DNA of 64,000 nucleotides from Simkaniaceae bacterium (GCA_022763045.1 JALEGI010000002.1:21368-85367); one strand, 5' to 3'; counted from the first letter of the stretch, positions 24,861-34,121 are shown. Translations and numbers: made by a program. The notes: generated by a model not told the origin, from the sequence alone.

Positions 24861-25711
24861 TGCGTGATCCTTTCGATAAAATTTTTAATTGCCAGGTATT
24901 TTTCTCGGTGAAAGCCAGGAGATTTTAAATTCCAGTTCGACCCCGCTCGATAATGCAAAAAGTGGCGATCTGCCATCCACTCTGAATCCTTCGGTTGAGC
25001 TGCAATGAGTGCATTTTCTTCCTCTGTAAAGCTAGAATTTTGGGGTGTCTGACTGACATACAAAAGATTGAGGTTATTCACAGCAATATCGCGGTGAGAT
25101 GCAAGATAATCGTGAGTGTGTCCACCTGAGTCGACATTGACCTCTTTGATTGTCCCACAGTTGAAGTTAATCGAGCGATGGTTTGGTAGACGTGAAAAAT
25201 CAAGCATTGCAAGACCTATCCACAAATAGTCCACTCTTTCTCCACTAGGACTCGTGCGATATTGCATGACTGAGGCTATCGGATGCTCGGCTAAATATTC
25301 GTGAAAATTGATCGGCTTTACAAGGAACAGGTCTGAATCAAGTAGCACAACAATTCCATTATGATTAAATCCCAAACGATTGAGAGAAAACTGCACGACA
25401 TTGCAATTGCGCACTGAGGGTGCATTGATATCCTCACGAGCAAGCCGATGCAGATAGGGCATCGCGTGAATGGGTTGAGGAATGCGCACACATTTGACAC
25501 CCTCTTTATGGCAAACCGCTTCAATTTCCCTGCGCATTTTTGTATTTACCGCATCATTGAAGACCACAAATTCAAAGTCATCTTCGACAAAATGCTTCAA
25601 TGTCTTGTGCTGCATTTCGATAAATTCGGGACGATTGTAGGCATACGTGTAGATAAGAACTTTCTCAGCAAAAAGCGCAAGAGGTAGAAATAAGATGAGG
25701 AAAAATTTCAT
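24857..25711 (-). CDS. Signal-anchored GT-A-like glycosyltransferase (putative, DxD-type)
   Basis: MKFFLILFLPLALFA, then KVLIYTYAYNRPEF and VVLLDSDLF (DxD-like). Overlaps the downstream gene by 4 nt. Confidence 0.5.
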   Translation of the reverse strand: MKFFLILFLPLALFAEKVLIYTYAYNRPEFIEMQHKTLKHFVEDDFEFVVFNDAVNTKMRREIEAVCHKEGVKCVRIPQPIHAMPYLHRLAREDINAPSVRNCNVVQFSLNRLGFNHNGIVVLLDSDLFLVKPINFHEYLAEHPIASVMQYRTSPSGERVDYLWIGLAMLDFSRLPNHRSINFNCGTIKEVNVDSGGHTHDYLASHRDIAVNNLNLLYVSQTPQNSSFTEEENALIAAQPKDSEWMADRHFLHYRAGSNWNLKSPGFHREKYLAIKNFIERITQ

Positions 25712-25750
25712 GATTCAATCCTTGGTTTTTAAGGAAAAAACTATGCATTT

Positions 25751-25855
25751 TTCTGGCTTTACAGAGAAGAAAAATTAGCTTGTAAAGCCGCTTTACAAGT
25801 GCTTAGATTCCCCAAAAACCACACCCTTAAAAAACGGCTTGCCGCTTTACAAGCT
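25751..25855 (+). repeat. A-B unit plus a second variant palindrome arm
   Basis: TTCTGGCTTTACAGAGAAGAAAAA, then AGCTTGTAAAGCCGCTTTACAAGT, then AAAAACCACACCCTTAAAAAACGGCTTGCCGCTTTACAAGCT. The last arm contains the ung stop codon. Confidence 0.9.
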
Positions 25856-26524
25856 CCAGTTTATCGGGGATTTACCCCATTTCTCCAAAGCTTGATTGAT
25901 TTTAGAGAAGTGCCGGCATCCAAAAAACTTTGTTGCTGAAAAGGGCGATGGATGTGCCGATTCCAGAATAAGGTGGGGATGGTTTGGGGTTGCGAAAATG
26001 CGCTCACATTTTTCGCGAGCTGAGCGGCCCCATAGAACAAATACAACTGGATCACTGCGTTCAAACAGAAGCTGGACCACAGCATCGGTAAACTGCTCCC
26101 ATCCCCTGCCGTAATGCGACTTGGGCTCGCCACGACGTACTGTGAGTGTTGCGTTGAGCATGAGCACCCCCTGTCCAGCCCAGCTTTCCAGGTTGCCATG
26201 TGTGGGAATCTCCATGCCAATATCGCTGCGCAGCTCCTTGTAGATATTGACAAGCGATGGTGGGGGCTTAATTCCTGGCTTTACAGAGAAGCAAAGTCCG
26301 TGCGCTTGGCCCGGTCCGTGGTAGGGATCTTGGCCAACAATCACGACTTTCACCGCATCAAAAGGAGTCAAACGCAAGGCGTTGAAGACCTCATCTTCTG
26401 GTGGGTAGATCGTCGCTCCAGAGCGCTTTTCTGAATCAAGGAAACTTTTTAGATCTGAGATGTAGGGCTTAGAGAGCTCTGTTTTGAGGGCCTCGTGCCA
26501 CGTCTTTTCTAGGGTGAGTGTCAT
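25847..26524 (-). CDS. ung: Uracil-DNA glycosylase (family 1)
   Basis: GQDPYHGPGQAHGLCFSV and HPSPFSA motifs. ATG at 26524 (MTLTLEKTWHE...) is preferred over the track start at 26569. Confidence 0.9.
   Translation of the reverse strand: MTLTLEKTWHEALKTELSKPYISDLKSFLDSEKRSGATIYPPEDEVFNALRLTPFDAVKVVIVGQDPYHGPGQAHGLCFSVKPGIKPPPSLVNIYKELRSDIGMEIPTHGNLESWAGQGVLMLNATLTVRRGEPKSHYGRGWEQFTDAVVQLLFERSDPVVFVLWGRSAREKCERIFATPNHPHLILESAHPSPFSATKFFGCRHFSKINQALEKWGKSPINWSL
26274..26292 (+). repeat. Module A copy inside ung, coinciding with the conserved FSV(K/R)PG motif
   Basis: CCTGGCTTTACAGAGAAGC, read antisense as C-F-S-V-K-P-G. Confidence 0.8.
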
Positions 26525-26598
26525 ATTGGGACAGGAGAATAGCACAATGCTTTTTTTCTTTAAAAACATTTGAATTGTGTATATACTCTATGGCTCAT

Positions 26599-26673
26599 CT
26601 GGGTGTGGCGCAGCTTGGCTAGCGCACTAGCATGGGGTGCTAGGGGTCGGAGGTTCGAATCCTCTCACCCAGA
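26599..26673 (+). tRNA. tRNA-Pro (anticodon GGG)
   Basis: 75-nt cloverleaf folded by hand. Acceptor CTGGGTG/CACCCAG; D arm GCGC-AGCTTGGCTA-GCGC; anticodon stem CTAGC/GCTAG with loop ATGGGGT; T arm GGAGG-TTCGAAT-CCTCT; discriminator A. Confidence 0.85.
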
Positions 26674-26690
26674 TTTCTTTTGGAGCGCTT

Positions 26691-26864
26691 ATGCAATCTG
26701 ATCCACAATATTATGCTTGGTTAGGTTGGGCGATCTCTTGGATCGTTTTACCCCTTGTTTCTGCGCAATCTTTGATTCGATACAGAGGAAAAAAGAAGCG
26801 TATTGACCTTTTTATTTCTATTTTTTGTTTAGTTCTTTTCATTTGGAAAACAATGAAAATTTAA
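26691..26864 (+). CDS. Possible small membrane protein (57 aa)
   Basis: ATG at 26691 with GGAG 5 nt upstream; two hydrophobic helices. The longer track ORF (26637) would overlap tRNA-Pro. Confidence 0.3.
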   Translation: MQSDPQYYAWLGWAISWIVLPLVSAQSLIRYRGKKKRIDLFISIFCLVLFIWKTMKI

Positions 26865-26869
26865 CTTGT

Positions 26870-27184
26870 TCAAGATTCTGTATCTTCATGAAAAAAATCC
26901 CTAGCAAATCTCGGTGGCGGACTGGGCGGACCGTGAATTTTTTGTATTTCTTTATTTTTTTTATCGACTTCTAGCAAGCTTTTTCCTATGTCGTTTCCAC
27001 CACTAATTACAAGACCGGTACCCATAGCATAAGTAACAGGAGTAGGTATTATACAACATAATGCACCTGTTAAAATTTTTATCCCTCCAATAATCATTTC
27101 AGCTGGAATATCTTGGTTCTTTCTTTTTCTCTTACCATTATTAGTTAAAATAATTGGCCTTTTTTTTAATTGCACTATAGTCAC
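26870..27184 (-). CDS. Hypothetical small protein (glycine-zipper TM segment, basic N-terminus) in the AT-rich islet
   Basis: 104-aa ORF containing GGIKILTGALCCIIPTPVTYAMGTGLVISGG. No family recognised. Confidence 0.35.
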   Translation of the reverse strand: MTIVQLKKRPIILTNNGKRKRKNQDIPAEMIIGGIKILTGALCCIIPTPVTYAMGTGLVISGGNDIGKSLLEVDKKNKEIQKIHGPPSPPPRFARDFFHEDTES

Positions 27185-27560
27185 ATCGATTTAACAAAGC
27201 GCGTTCCCTTTTGAAAATTTTTTCACAAATTAATTCTCTTACTTCAAAAGGAATCTTTGTCCCATTTTCTGATATTACCTGATACACATACTGACTTAGA
27301 TAAGAGAGGTCAGGCATGTAATAGCCTTTACCTAAAAAGTAACACCTTACTTCATATAAAAAATCAACTAACTCATCAACTGTTACCGAATCGTCAATGT
27401 TTTCAAAATAACTGTCTATCCAACCGATTTCTTCGACTTTTATAGGTTCAAAATTTACATCTGAAACAGGATCCGCATTCAAAAATAGACAACCCATTAA
27501 GAATACAATCTTGAAATACTTGCTAAGGCAACAGCAACCATCGTTAAATATATAAAACAT
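27141..27560 (-). CDS. Hypothetical acidic protein in the AT-rich islet
   Basis: 139-aa ORF with a possible lipobox-like FLMGC near the N-terminus. No family recognised. Confidence 0.35.
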   Translation of the reverse strand: MFYIFNDGCCCLSKYFKIVFLMGCLFLNADPVSDVNFEPIKVEEIGWIDSYFENIDDSVTVDELVDFLYEVRCYFLGKGYYMPDLSYLSQYVYQVISENGTKIPFEVRELICEKIFKRERALLNRCDYSAIKKKANYFN

Positions 27561-27688
27561 AAAAACTTTTTTCCCTGAGAAAAGCTTTTCGGCAAATTAA
27601 ACAATACAATAGTAAATATTAATCCCGAACCAAGTATGGTTAGTAAGTAGATGCATGTTTCGACTAAAAAAATTGAAAAATCACTCAT
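27497..27688 (-). CDS. Hypothetical small membrane protein in the AT-rich islet
   Basis: 63-aa ORF with two hydrophobic segments. Confidence 0.3.
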   Translation of the reverse strand: MSDFSIFLVETCIYLLTILGSGLIFTIVLFNLPKSFSQGKKFLCFIYLTMVAVALASISRLYS

Positions 27689-27781
27689 CTCTATTATTCC
27701 TTTTTTTCATCCTATTGATATAGGAGTATTAATATTTTATGACAAATAAATTAACACCCTAGCAAAATTTTCTATGAAAAT

Positions 27782-27831
27782 TTCTGGCTTTACATAGAGA
27801 AAATACAGCTTGTAAAGCGGCTTTACAAGCT
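27782..27831 (+). repeat. A-B repeat unit (module A has one mismatch: GGCTTTACATAGAGA)
   Basis: TTCTGGCTTTACATAGAGAAAAT, then the perfect AGCTTGTAAAGCGGCTTTACAAGCT (27807-27831). The palindrome arm supplies the last two codons and the TAA stop of the ankyrin gene. Confidence 0.9.
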
Positions 27832-29046
27832 CAACTTAGGTTTAAGTTTCCAGTTGTCAAGATTATCGGGATTCGCCCCATTCTCAAGCAGCAATTCGAT
27901 CATTTGAGAGCTTTTTGCCAAGTAAAGCGGCGTTTGCTGATTGCAATCGATCGCATTAATTTCTGCTCCATATGAGAGCAGTAGCTTCACCACCTCAATA
28001 CTGTCCAATTCAACTGCCCTTGCTAGTGCGCGAATCCCTGTTCTATCTGGGAGATTGACTTCGATTCCCGAATTGAGAAGGCTTTGAATGCGCTCTATAT
28101 CTAAGCTTTTAATAGCCTCTGTTAAGATGAGCTGATCGGGGTGCTCCCTCACAGCATACCAAGCAGCCCCTAAAAGCCCCGCCCTTCTTGGGCCTGTGTA
28201 GACTGGAACACCTATTTGAAGTTGCTTCAAAGCCCTTTCTAAGCGTCTGCCGTGCCTTTCGGTATGCCCTCCGGTAAACACAATGGAACTGGGTGTATCC
28301 CATGGTGGTGGCAATTTTTTTAGCTTTGGAAAAAGATAGTGATCGAAATATTTTTTCCACCTTGATGCAAATGTTAAAAATATGGTGTCATCGATAACCC
28401 CATTGTTTTGTGCAACAAGTTGATCAAATCCATTCCGACTACTACAGCAGAAATAAGAAAAAATGTGTTGGTCGACAACCGTTGTCTTCCAAATTTCTAG
28501 TCCAAAAATGCAGTTTAGGTCGGAAATGCGCTTGATACTCCCCTTTTGTTCGGCATACCCTATTCCAACTCCAGTTCCGATCGAGAAATTAAAAATAGGC
28601 CCTTTGGGCAAATCTAACTCCTCCATTGAGGCAACTAAGTGGGCAGCTCCATCATCAATGCAGCGCATTTGCGAGGGAGGGATGGCAAAAAGTGATGCGA
28701 TGTTTGGGTTCGTGCGCTCTCTTGCACATAGCTTATTTAGACCTGCCAATGAAAAAGCAAAGTGATAGCCAGCTGCTATCTCTTCATCGATATCAACTTC
28801 CATTGTATTGAGGAGTCTTTCGCGTATCCATTGCGAAACATGCATGTTATCGGGACACTTGCCAAGAGATGAGGGCTCTTGGACCCACTCCATGCGATGC
28901 GCGCCCTCTTCATAAGCTAGTAGAGCCGTTTTTAAACCACCTCCCCCTAGATCAAAGGCCCGTATATATTGTGGCTCTGTAAAAGCTACCAATGGAACTA
29001 ACAGGAATAAATAGATGTATCTCATAAGCGATGTCGATAATAACAA
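27823..29046 (-). CDS. Signal-peptide protein: ROK/ASKHA sugar-kinase-like domain fused to C-terminal ankyrin repeats
   Basis: N-terminal MRYIYLFLLVPLVAF. Kinase-like blocks FDLGGGGLKTA, DDGAAH, IGTGVGIG and AGLLGAAW. C-terminal ankyrin consensus (TGIRALARAVELDSIEVVKLLLSYGAEINAID..QTPLYLA...IELLLENGANPD). Confidence 0.7.
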   Translation of the reverse strand: MLLSTSLMRYIYLFLLVPLVAFTEPQYIRAFDLGGGGLKTALLAYEEGAHRMEWVQEPSSLGKCPDNMHVSQWIRERLLNTMEVDIDEEIAAGYHFAFSLAGLNKLCARERTNPNIASLFAIPPSQMRCIDDGAAHLVASMEELDLPKGPIFNFSIGTGVGIGYAEQKGSIKRISDLNCIFGLEIWKTTVVDQHIFSYFCCSSRNGFDQLVAQNNGVIDDTIFLTFASRWKKYFDHYLFPKLKKLPPPWDTPSSIVFTGGHTERHGRRLERALKQLQIGVPVYTGPRRAGLLGAAWYAVREHPDQLILTEAIKSLDIERIQSLLNSGIEVNLPDRTGIRALARAVELDSIEVVKLLLSYGAEINAIDCNQQTPLYLAKSSQMIELLLENGANPDNLDNWKLKPKLSL

Positions 29047-29197
29047 GTGAAAAGTTATTTGTGAACGATTGGGTTGTGGGAAACTCTGTCAGTAAGCTGT
29101 TTAAGAAGTGTCCAGAATCTTGTTCAAACTTTTTTCTGTTTAAAAAAGGCTGTTTTTTGACACACTTTGCACAAGTTATCAACAGGCTATTTTTTCT

Positions 29198-29887
29198 ATG
29201 AACAATTCCGAGTTTATAAACACTTCCACAACACCTAAAGAAGAAGAAAAACATATAAATATCTCTCTTATATCTTATACCAGCTTCTTTGATCTTAACA
29301 GCTTTGAACACATTGAACTCTTCCACAATGATCCTGTTTGGTCTGCTCTCAAAACTTTGAAGGAATATGTCGATAAGCTAGATTTTTCTATTGAAGTGGA
29401 GACTGAAAGTGCCTATTTGGTGAACCGTGAGAAGATTTCTATTGGAAAAGGCTCTGTGATTGAACCAGGCGCTTATATTGAAGGCCCTTGTGTCATTGGA
29501 AAAAATTGTGTTGTTCGACATGGCGCTTATGTGAGACCGTATACGTTGACTGGTGATGGATGCACAATTGGCCACTCTTCAGAGGTCAAGCATTCGATTC
29601 TACTCAATGGCTGTGCTCTGCCGCATTTTAATTATGTTGGAGACTCAATCATCGGCTCGAACGTGAATTTAGGCGCAGGCTTGATTTGCGCCAATCTTCG
29701 ACTTGACAAAGGCGAGGTCTTTGTTCATGTTAGTGGGCAAAAAATTCCAACAGGCCTTTCAAAGATGGGGGCCATTGTCGGCGATGGTTCGAGTTTGGGC
29801 TGTAATTGTGTTACCAATCCAGGGGCACTTTTCAAAAAAGGCTCTCTCGCCTCCCCTTGTCGCAGCTTACCGGGAAAAATAAAGTGA
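29198..29887 (+). CDS. Hexapeptide-repeat (left-handed beta-helix) transferase, GlmU C-terminal-domain-like
   Basis: Repeated [LIV]-G-x-x-x-x hexads (IGKGSVIEPGAYIEGPCVIGKNCVVRHGAYV...IGSNVNLGAG). Confidence 0.7.
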   Translation: MNNSEFINTSTTPKEEEKHINISLISYTSFFDLNSFEHIELFHNDPVWSALKTLKEYVDKLDFSIEVETESAYLVNREKISIGKGSVIEPGAYIEGPCVIGKNCVVRHGAYVRPYTLTGDGCTIGHSSEVKHSILLNGCALPHFNYVGDSIIGSNVNLGAGLICANLRLDKGEVFVHVSGQKIPTGLSKMGAIVGDGSSLGCNCVTNPGALFKKGSLASPCRSLPGKIK

Positions 29888-30750
29888 TATTGCATTCGTA
29901 TTTTAGAAAGTTTGAAAAGGGATTGAAAAAATCGATTCCAGAATTGTGCGAAAGTGGCAATTTGCGCGATGCGTGCGAATATGCCCTTTTTAGCGGCGGT
30001 AAGCGATTAAGGCCAATAATTGTCCTTGGAGTCGCCGATTGCTTAAATAGCGTCTCTGACGTGATGCAAGCGGCCATTGCGGTCGAGTTTTTTCATACGG
30101 CATCTTTGATTGCAGACGATCTGCCATGCATGGATGATGATGATGAGCGGCGCGGAAGTCCATCGCTGCATAAAGCGTATGGCGAGACGACTGCCCTTTT
30201 GGCAAGCTATGGGTTGATTTCTGAGGCCTTTCAAAAAATCCATGGAGCAACAGTTGATTATTGCGGCCCTAATTCTGAGCTTGTTGCCAGACATGCTCTT
30301 GATGTTGCGGCGCGCGGCTCAGGCTTTCAAGGCGCCACTGGTGGGCAGTTTATGGATATGTTTCCCCCTGGAAAGGATTTGGAAACGGTTCAGGTTGTCA
30401 TTGAGAAAAAGACTGTGCGCCTTTTCGAGGTTGCGTTTCTTTTGGGCTGGCTCTACGGCGGTGGTGATTTAAATTTGATGGGCGAGGTTGAGAAGCTTTC
30501 GTACGATTTTGGTATGGCCTTTCAAATTGCCGATGATCTCTCTGATTATGAAAAGGATGCGCGCGATGGGGAGCTAATGAATTTGGCTCTACTGCATGGC
30601 AAAGAGTTTGCGGTTGAGTTGATGAATGAGCACCTGAGCTCGTTTTCAAAGAGATTGAAAGAGCTCAGGCTAGATGGCAAATTATTTGATGCCATTATTG
30701 GGAAGGTTCACGCTCATGCGGGCGCTGCTGCTGCTTTAGCGGGCTCTTGA
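29884..30750 (+). CDS. ispA: Polyprenyl (farnesyl/geranylgeranyl) diphosphate synthase
   Basis: First aspartate-rich motif [17 protein letters not shown] and second motif FQIADDLSD, plus GGKRLRP. I prefer the GTG at 29884 (GTGA overlap with the upstream stop) over the track start at 29806. Confidence 0.85.
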   Translation: MILHSYFRKFEKGLKKSIPELCESGNLRDACEYALFSGGKRLRPIIVLGVADCLNSVSDVMQAAIAVEFFHTASLIADDLPCMDDDDERRGSPSLHKAYGETTALLASYGLISEAFQKIHGATVDYCGPNSELVARHALDVAARGSGFQGATGGQFMDMFPPGKDLETVQVVIEKKTVRLFEVAFLLGWLYGGGDLNLMGEVEKLSYDFGMAFQIADDLSDYEKDARDGELMNLALLHGKEFAVELMNEHLSSFSKRLKELRLDGKLFDAIIGKVHAHAGAAAALAGS

Positions 30751-31751
30751 GGAGCTGGCTCTCCGCGCATTTTTGTGACAATCGCTTTTTCTAGCTCTTG
30801 CGCTAGCTTCACATTGCTTTTGAGCTCTTGACGTGTCGCCTCTTTTCCTTGGAAGCGCTGGCCATTGAAGCTGAGCCATGTTCCCTTCTTCTCGATAACG
30901 CCCTTCTCAACGCCAATATCGATAAGCGAGCCTGCATGTGAAATTCCTTCGTTGAAGAGAATATCAAACTCAGCGATGCGGAATGGAGGCGCCATTTTGT
31001 TTTTCGCGACCTTGACCTTCACGCGGTTGCCGACATCTTCGTTATTGGGGCCTTTGATTGAGCCAATGCGACGGATGTCAAGGCGGATCGAGGAGTAAAA
31101 CTTGAGCGCGCGTCCCCCTGTTGTCGTTTCGGGGTTTCCGAACATGACACCAATTTTTTCGCGAATTTGGTTAATGAAAATCGCGCAAGTATTCGAGCGA
31201 GAGAGCGTTGCTGTGAGCTTTCTTAGAGCCTGCGACATCATGCGGGCTTGAAGGCCTACGTGAGAATCACCAATCTCCCCTTCTAGTTCATTTTTCGGCA
31301 CGAGTGCAGCAACCGAGTCAACAATAATGAGGTCAACTGCATTCGAGCGCGCGAGCATTTCTGCGATGTTAAGCGCATCTTCTCCACAGTCGGGCTGTGA
31401 GATGAGAAGGTCGTCTAAATTAACGCCAATTTTTTTTGCATAACCTGGGTCGAGAGCGTGCTCTGCATCAATATAGGCCGCTACTCCCCCTTGTTTTTGA
31501 CAGTTTGCTACGATGTGCGTTGCAAGTGTCGATTTACCCGAGGATTCTGGGCCGTAAACTTCAACAATACGACCACGCGGTACTCCGCCAATTCCCAAAG
31601 CGAGGTCGAGTGAGATCGCTCCGGTTGGAATTGAGTCGATGGTTTTTTGACTGCGTTTTCCAAGGCTCATGATAGAACCTTCGCCAAATTGTTTTTCAAT
31701 GTGAGAAATCGCTAGACTCAGCGCTTTTTGTTTTCCTTGATCTTGTGACAT
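30714..31751 (-). CDS. recA: Recombinase RecA
   Basis: [35 protein letters not shown]. The 3' end overlaps the ispA 3' end by 37 nt. Confidence 0.97.
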   Translation of the reverse strand: MSQDQGKQKALSLAISHIEKQFGEGSIMSLGKRSQKTIDSIPTGAISLDLALGIGGVPRGRIVEVYGPESSGKSTLATHIVANCQKQGGVAAYIDAEHALDPGYAKKIGVNLDDLLISQPDCGEDALNIAEMLARSNAVDLIIVDSVAALVPKNELEGEIGDSHVGLQARMMSQALRKLTATLSRSNTCAIFINQIREKIGVMFGNPETTTGGRALKFYSSIRLDIRRIGSIKGPNNEDVGNRVKVKVAKNKMAPPFRIAEFDILFNEGISHAGSLIDIGVEKGVIEKKGTWLSFNGQRFQGKEATRQELKSNVKLAQELEKAIVTKMRGEPAPQEPAKAAAAPA

Positions 31752-31841
31752 ACACCTATCTCCGTTTGATCTTCTAAACAGCTAGACTAACATAAAATTA
31801 CTGGGGTGTGCTAGGGTTATTTTTTTCAAAAAGTTTAGGAG

Positions 31842-32825
31842 TTGTTTGTGTTTTTAGCAGGAGATATTGGTGGAACCAAAACGCACCTTGCCTATTTCGA
31901 AGAAGAGAATGGCAAAATGAAGCGCATACGGAGCGAAAAATTTCCGAGCAAAGGGCCCGAGTCGCTTGAAGCCATTATTTCCACCTTTATTAAGCCAGAT
32001 GATCCGAAAGTAAAGAAGATGTGCTTTGGGATTGCCGGTCCTGTGAAAAACGGTGTTGCGCGTACAACGAATTTACCATGGGTAGTTGATGCAGATCATA
32101 TTGAAAAAGAGTTTGGTGTAGACAATGTCTATCTGCTCAACGATCTTGAGGCCAATGCATGGGGGCTCAAAGTTCTAGAAGAGAGTGATTTGTGTACGCT
32201 GAACAGGGGAGAGCCGGTTGAAGAGGCCAACGCTGCTCTGGTTTCTGCTGGCACCGGCCTTGGCGAGGCGGGGATCTTTTATGATGGAAAGATGCATATC
32301 CCTTTTGCTTGTGAAGGAGGACACGCCGATTTTGCCGTGCGCGATGAGCGCGATGTTGAGCTCTTTCTCTATTTAAAGAAAAAGTATGGGGGGCATGTCT
32401 CATATGAGCGCATCTTGTGTGGCCGCGGAATTTACGACATCTACCTATATATGGTGGAGTCGGGAAAAGAGCCACGTTGCGATCAGGTCGAAAATTTGGA
32501 AGAGGGGAAGGATCCAGCAGTTTTAGTTTCTGAGCTCGGTTTAGAAAAAAAAGATCCAACTTGTGAAAAGGCACTTGAATGGTTTGTTTCTATTTATGGA
32601 TCAGAGGCGGGTAATTGCGCTTTAAAATTTATGGCGCTCTCTGCAGTTTATATCGGTGGGGGAATTGCGCCGAAGATTTTAGATGCCATGAAAAGCGAAA
32701 CTTTTATGAATGCTTTTAGAGATAAAGGTAGATTTAATAAACTATTAGATAAAATTCCCGTTCATGTTGTTTTAAATGATTCAACTGCTCTATTAGGAGC
32801 TGCCTATTATTGTCATACTCACTAA
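31842..32825 (+). CDS. glk: Glucokinase
   Basis: LAGDIGGTKTHLA, LNDLEANAWG, GTGLGEAG, and a C-terminal LLGAAYY. TTG start in the track. Confidence 0.85.
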   Translation: MFVFLAGDIGGTKTHLAYFEEENGKMKRIRSEKFPSKGPESLEAIISTFIKPDDPKVKKMCFGIAGPVKNGVARTTNLPWVVDADHIEKEFGVDNVYLLNDLEANAWGLKVLEESDLCTLNRGEPVEEANAALVSAGTGLGEAGIFYDGKMHIPFACEGGHADFAVRDERDVELFLYLKKKYGGHVSYERILCGRGIYDIYLYMVESGKEPRCDQVENLEEGKDPAVLVSELGLEKKDPTCEKALEWFVSIYGSEAGNCALKFMALSAVYIGGGIAPKILDAMKSETFMNAFRDKGRFNKLLDKIPVHVVLNDSTALLGAAYYCHTH

Positions 32826-33005
32826 GTAGTTGCGCATTTGTTAGTTAGGGAAGTGAGTCTATTTTTGCAGCTTCCCTATTTCACCCTCCGTAAAACACGC
32901 TCCGTAAAAAATTTAAAAAAAAAGTTTGCAAAAAAATTCCCCCTCTCGTTTATACGGAAATTAGAAATCATTATATGAAATGAATCTAAACCCATGAGGT
33001 AAGAA

Positions 33006-34121
33006 ATGACTGTAAATCTTTGGAAAAAAGTTCCAATAGCAGTTGCAGGTTTGGCTTTTGCCAGTGCTACAGCCGCTATGGACATTGATACTCGAGTTAC
33101 CCAACTTGAGCATCAAATGAAACAAGTTCGTACTGAAACAAGTATGGATACCTATGGAGCAGAAACTGCTTCAGCTCTACCAAACACAACTGGTGGAGAT
33201 TGGTTCATCAACCTAGGCGTTCTTCTAATGGAAGCAAGCCCAGAAGGAACTGAGTATTGCTACACTGATCAGGATAATACTGCAAGTACATATCCTCTAA
33301 AAGGTCAGGTTAAAGAGAACAAACTAGATTGGGACTGGGGTCTTACTGTAGGAGTTGGTGCTGGTCTTCAACACGATGGTTGGGATCTTCAACTTAACTA
33401 CACATACTTCAGAAACGCTCACTCATCTAGCGCAGCAGGTGGTCGTCAAGGTTCTGTCGTGGCAACACGTGGTACTCCAAGACTTAATGCTAACAACGCT
33501 GGTGTTCAGCTAATCAATGTTAACGAAGCTAGATCAAGCCTAAAGTTCACTTACAGTGACCTTACTCTTGAACTAGGAAGAGACTACTTTGTTAGCGGAA
33601 GACTACAAGTACGTACTTTCTACTCATTAGAAGCTCAGTGGTTGAAACTTAACCAAGACATTCAGTATATCGGTGGTGATCTACTCGGCGTGAACTCAAC
33701 ATTCGTTGAAGATCGTTGCAAATTCTGGGGACTTGGACCTCGTACAGGTATCAACACTAAGTGGCATCTTGGTTACGACTTCAGCATCTTTGGTGATGTA
33801 GATGTATCTTTACTCTACGCTCACTTCGATGTTTCTCACAAAGAGAATGCAGGTGCTGATCCAATCAACAACGCAATTCGTCTAAGCGGCGACACAAACA
33901 GATTCGTACCAGAAGTTCACTACGAACTCGGTCTATCTTACGATCGCTACTTTGATGACAACAGACACCACATCGGCGTGAAGCTTGGCTACACTGCTGA
34001 TTACATGTGGGGAGTTAACCAGTACATCTACAACTTCGATAACTCAACAAATCGTTATGGTAGAATGACTGAAAACCTCGGCATGCAAGGTGCTAAGTTG
34101 ACAGTTCGTTGGGACTTCTAA
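33006..34121 (+). CDS. MOMP-like outer-membrane porin (Legionella/Simkania-type major outer membrane protein family)
   Basis: Signal peptide, N-terminal coiled segment TRVTQLEHQMKQVRTET, beta-strand periodicity, and an ending ...LTVRWDF. Few cysteines. Paralogue of the next gene. Confidence 0.65.
   Translation: MTVNLWKKVPIAVAGLAFASATAAMDIDTRVTQLEHQMKQVRTETSMDTYGAETASALPNTTGGDWFINLGVLLMEASPEGTEYCYTDQDNTASTYPLKGQVKENKLDWDWGLTVGVGAGLQHDGWDLQLNYTYFRNAHSSSAAGGRQGSVVATRGTPRLNANNAGVQLINVNEARSSLKFTYSDLTLELGRDYFVSGRLQVRTFYSLEAQWLKLNQDIQYIGGDLLGVNSTFVEDRCKFWGLGPRTGINTKWHLGYDFSIFGDVDVSLLYAHFDVSHKENAGADPINNAIRLSGDTNRFVPEVHYELGLSYDRYFDDNRHHIGVKLGYTADYMWGVNQYIYNFDNSTNRYGRMTENLGMQGAKLTVRWDF

Noticed and set aside
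26274-26292. The module A copy in ung as an in-frame insertion of a mobile element
   Set aside because: The encoded FSVKPG corresponds to the FSV(R/K)PG block conserved in family 1 uracil-DNA glycosylases. The peptide is therefore ancestral, and only the codon choice matches the word.
26637-26864. 75-aa track ORF starting inside tRNA-Pro
   Set aside because: Its first 12 codons overlap the tRNA. Only the shorter version from the ATG at 26691, which has GGAG upstream, was kept, and at low confidence.
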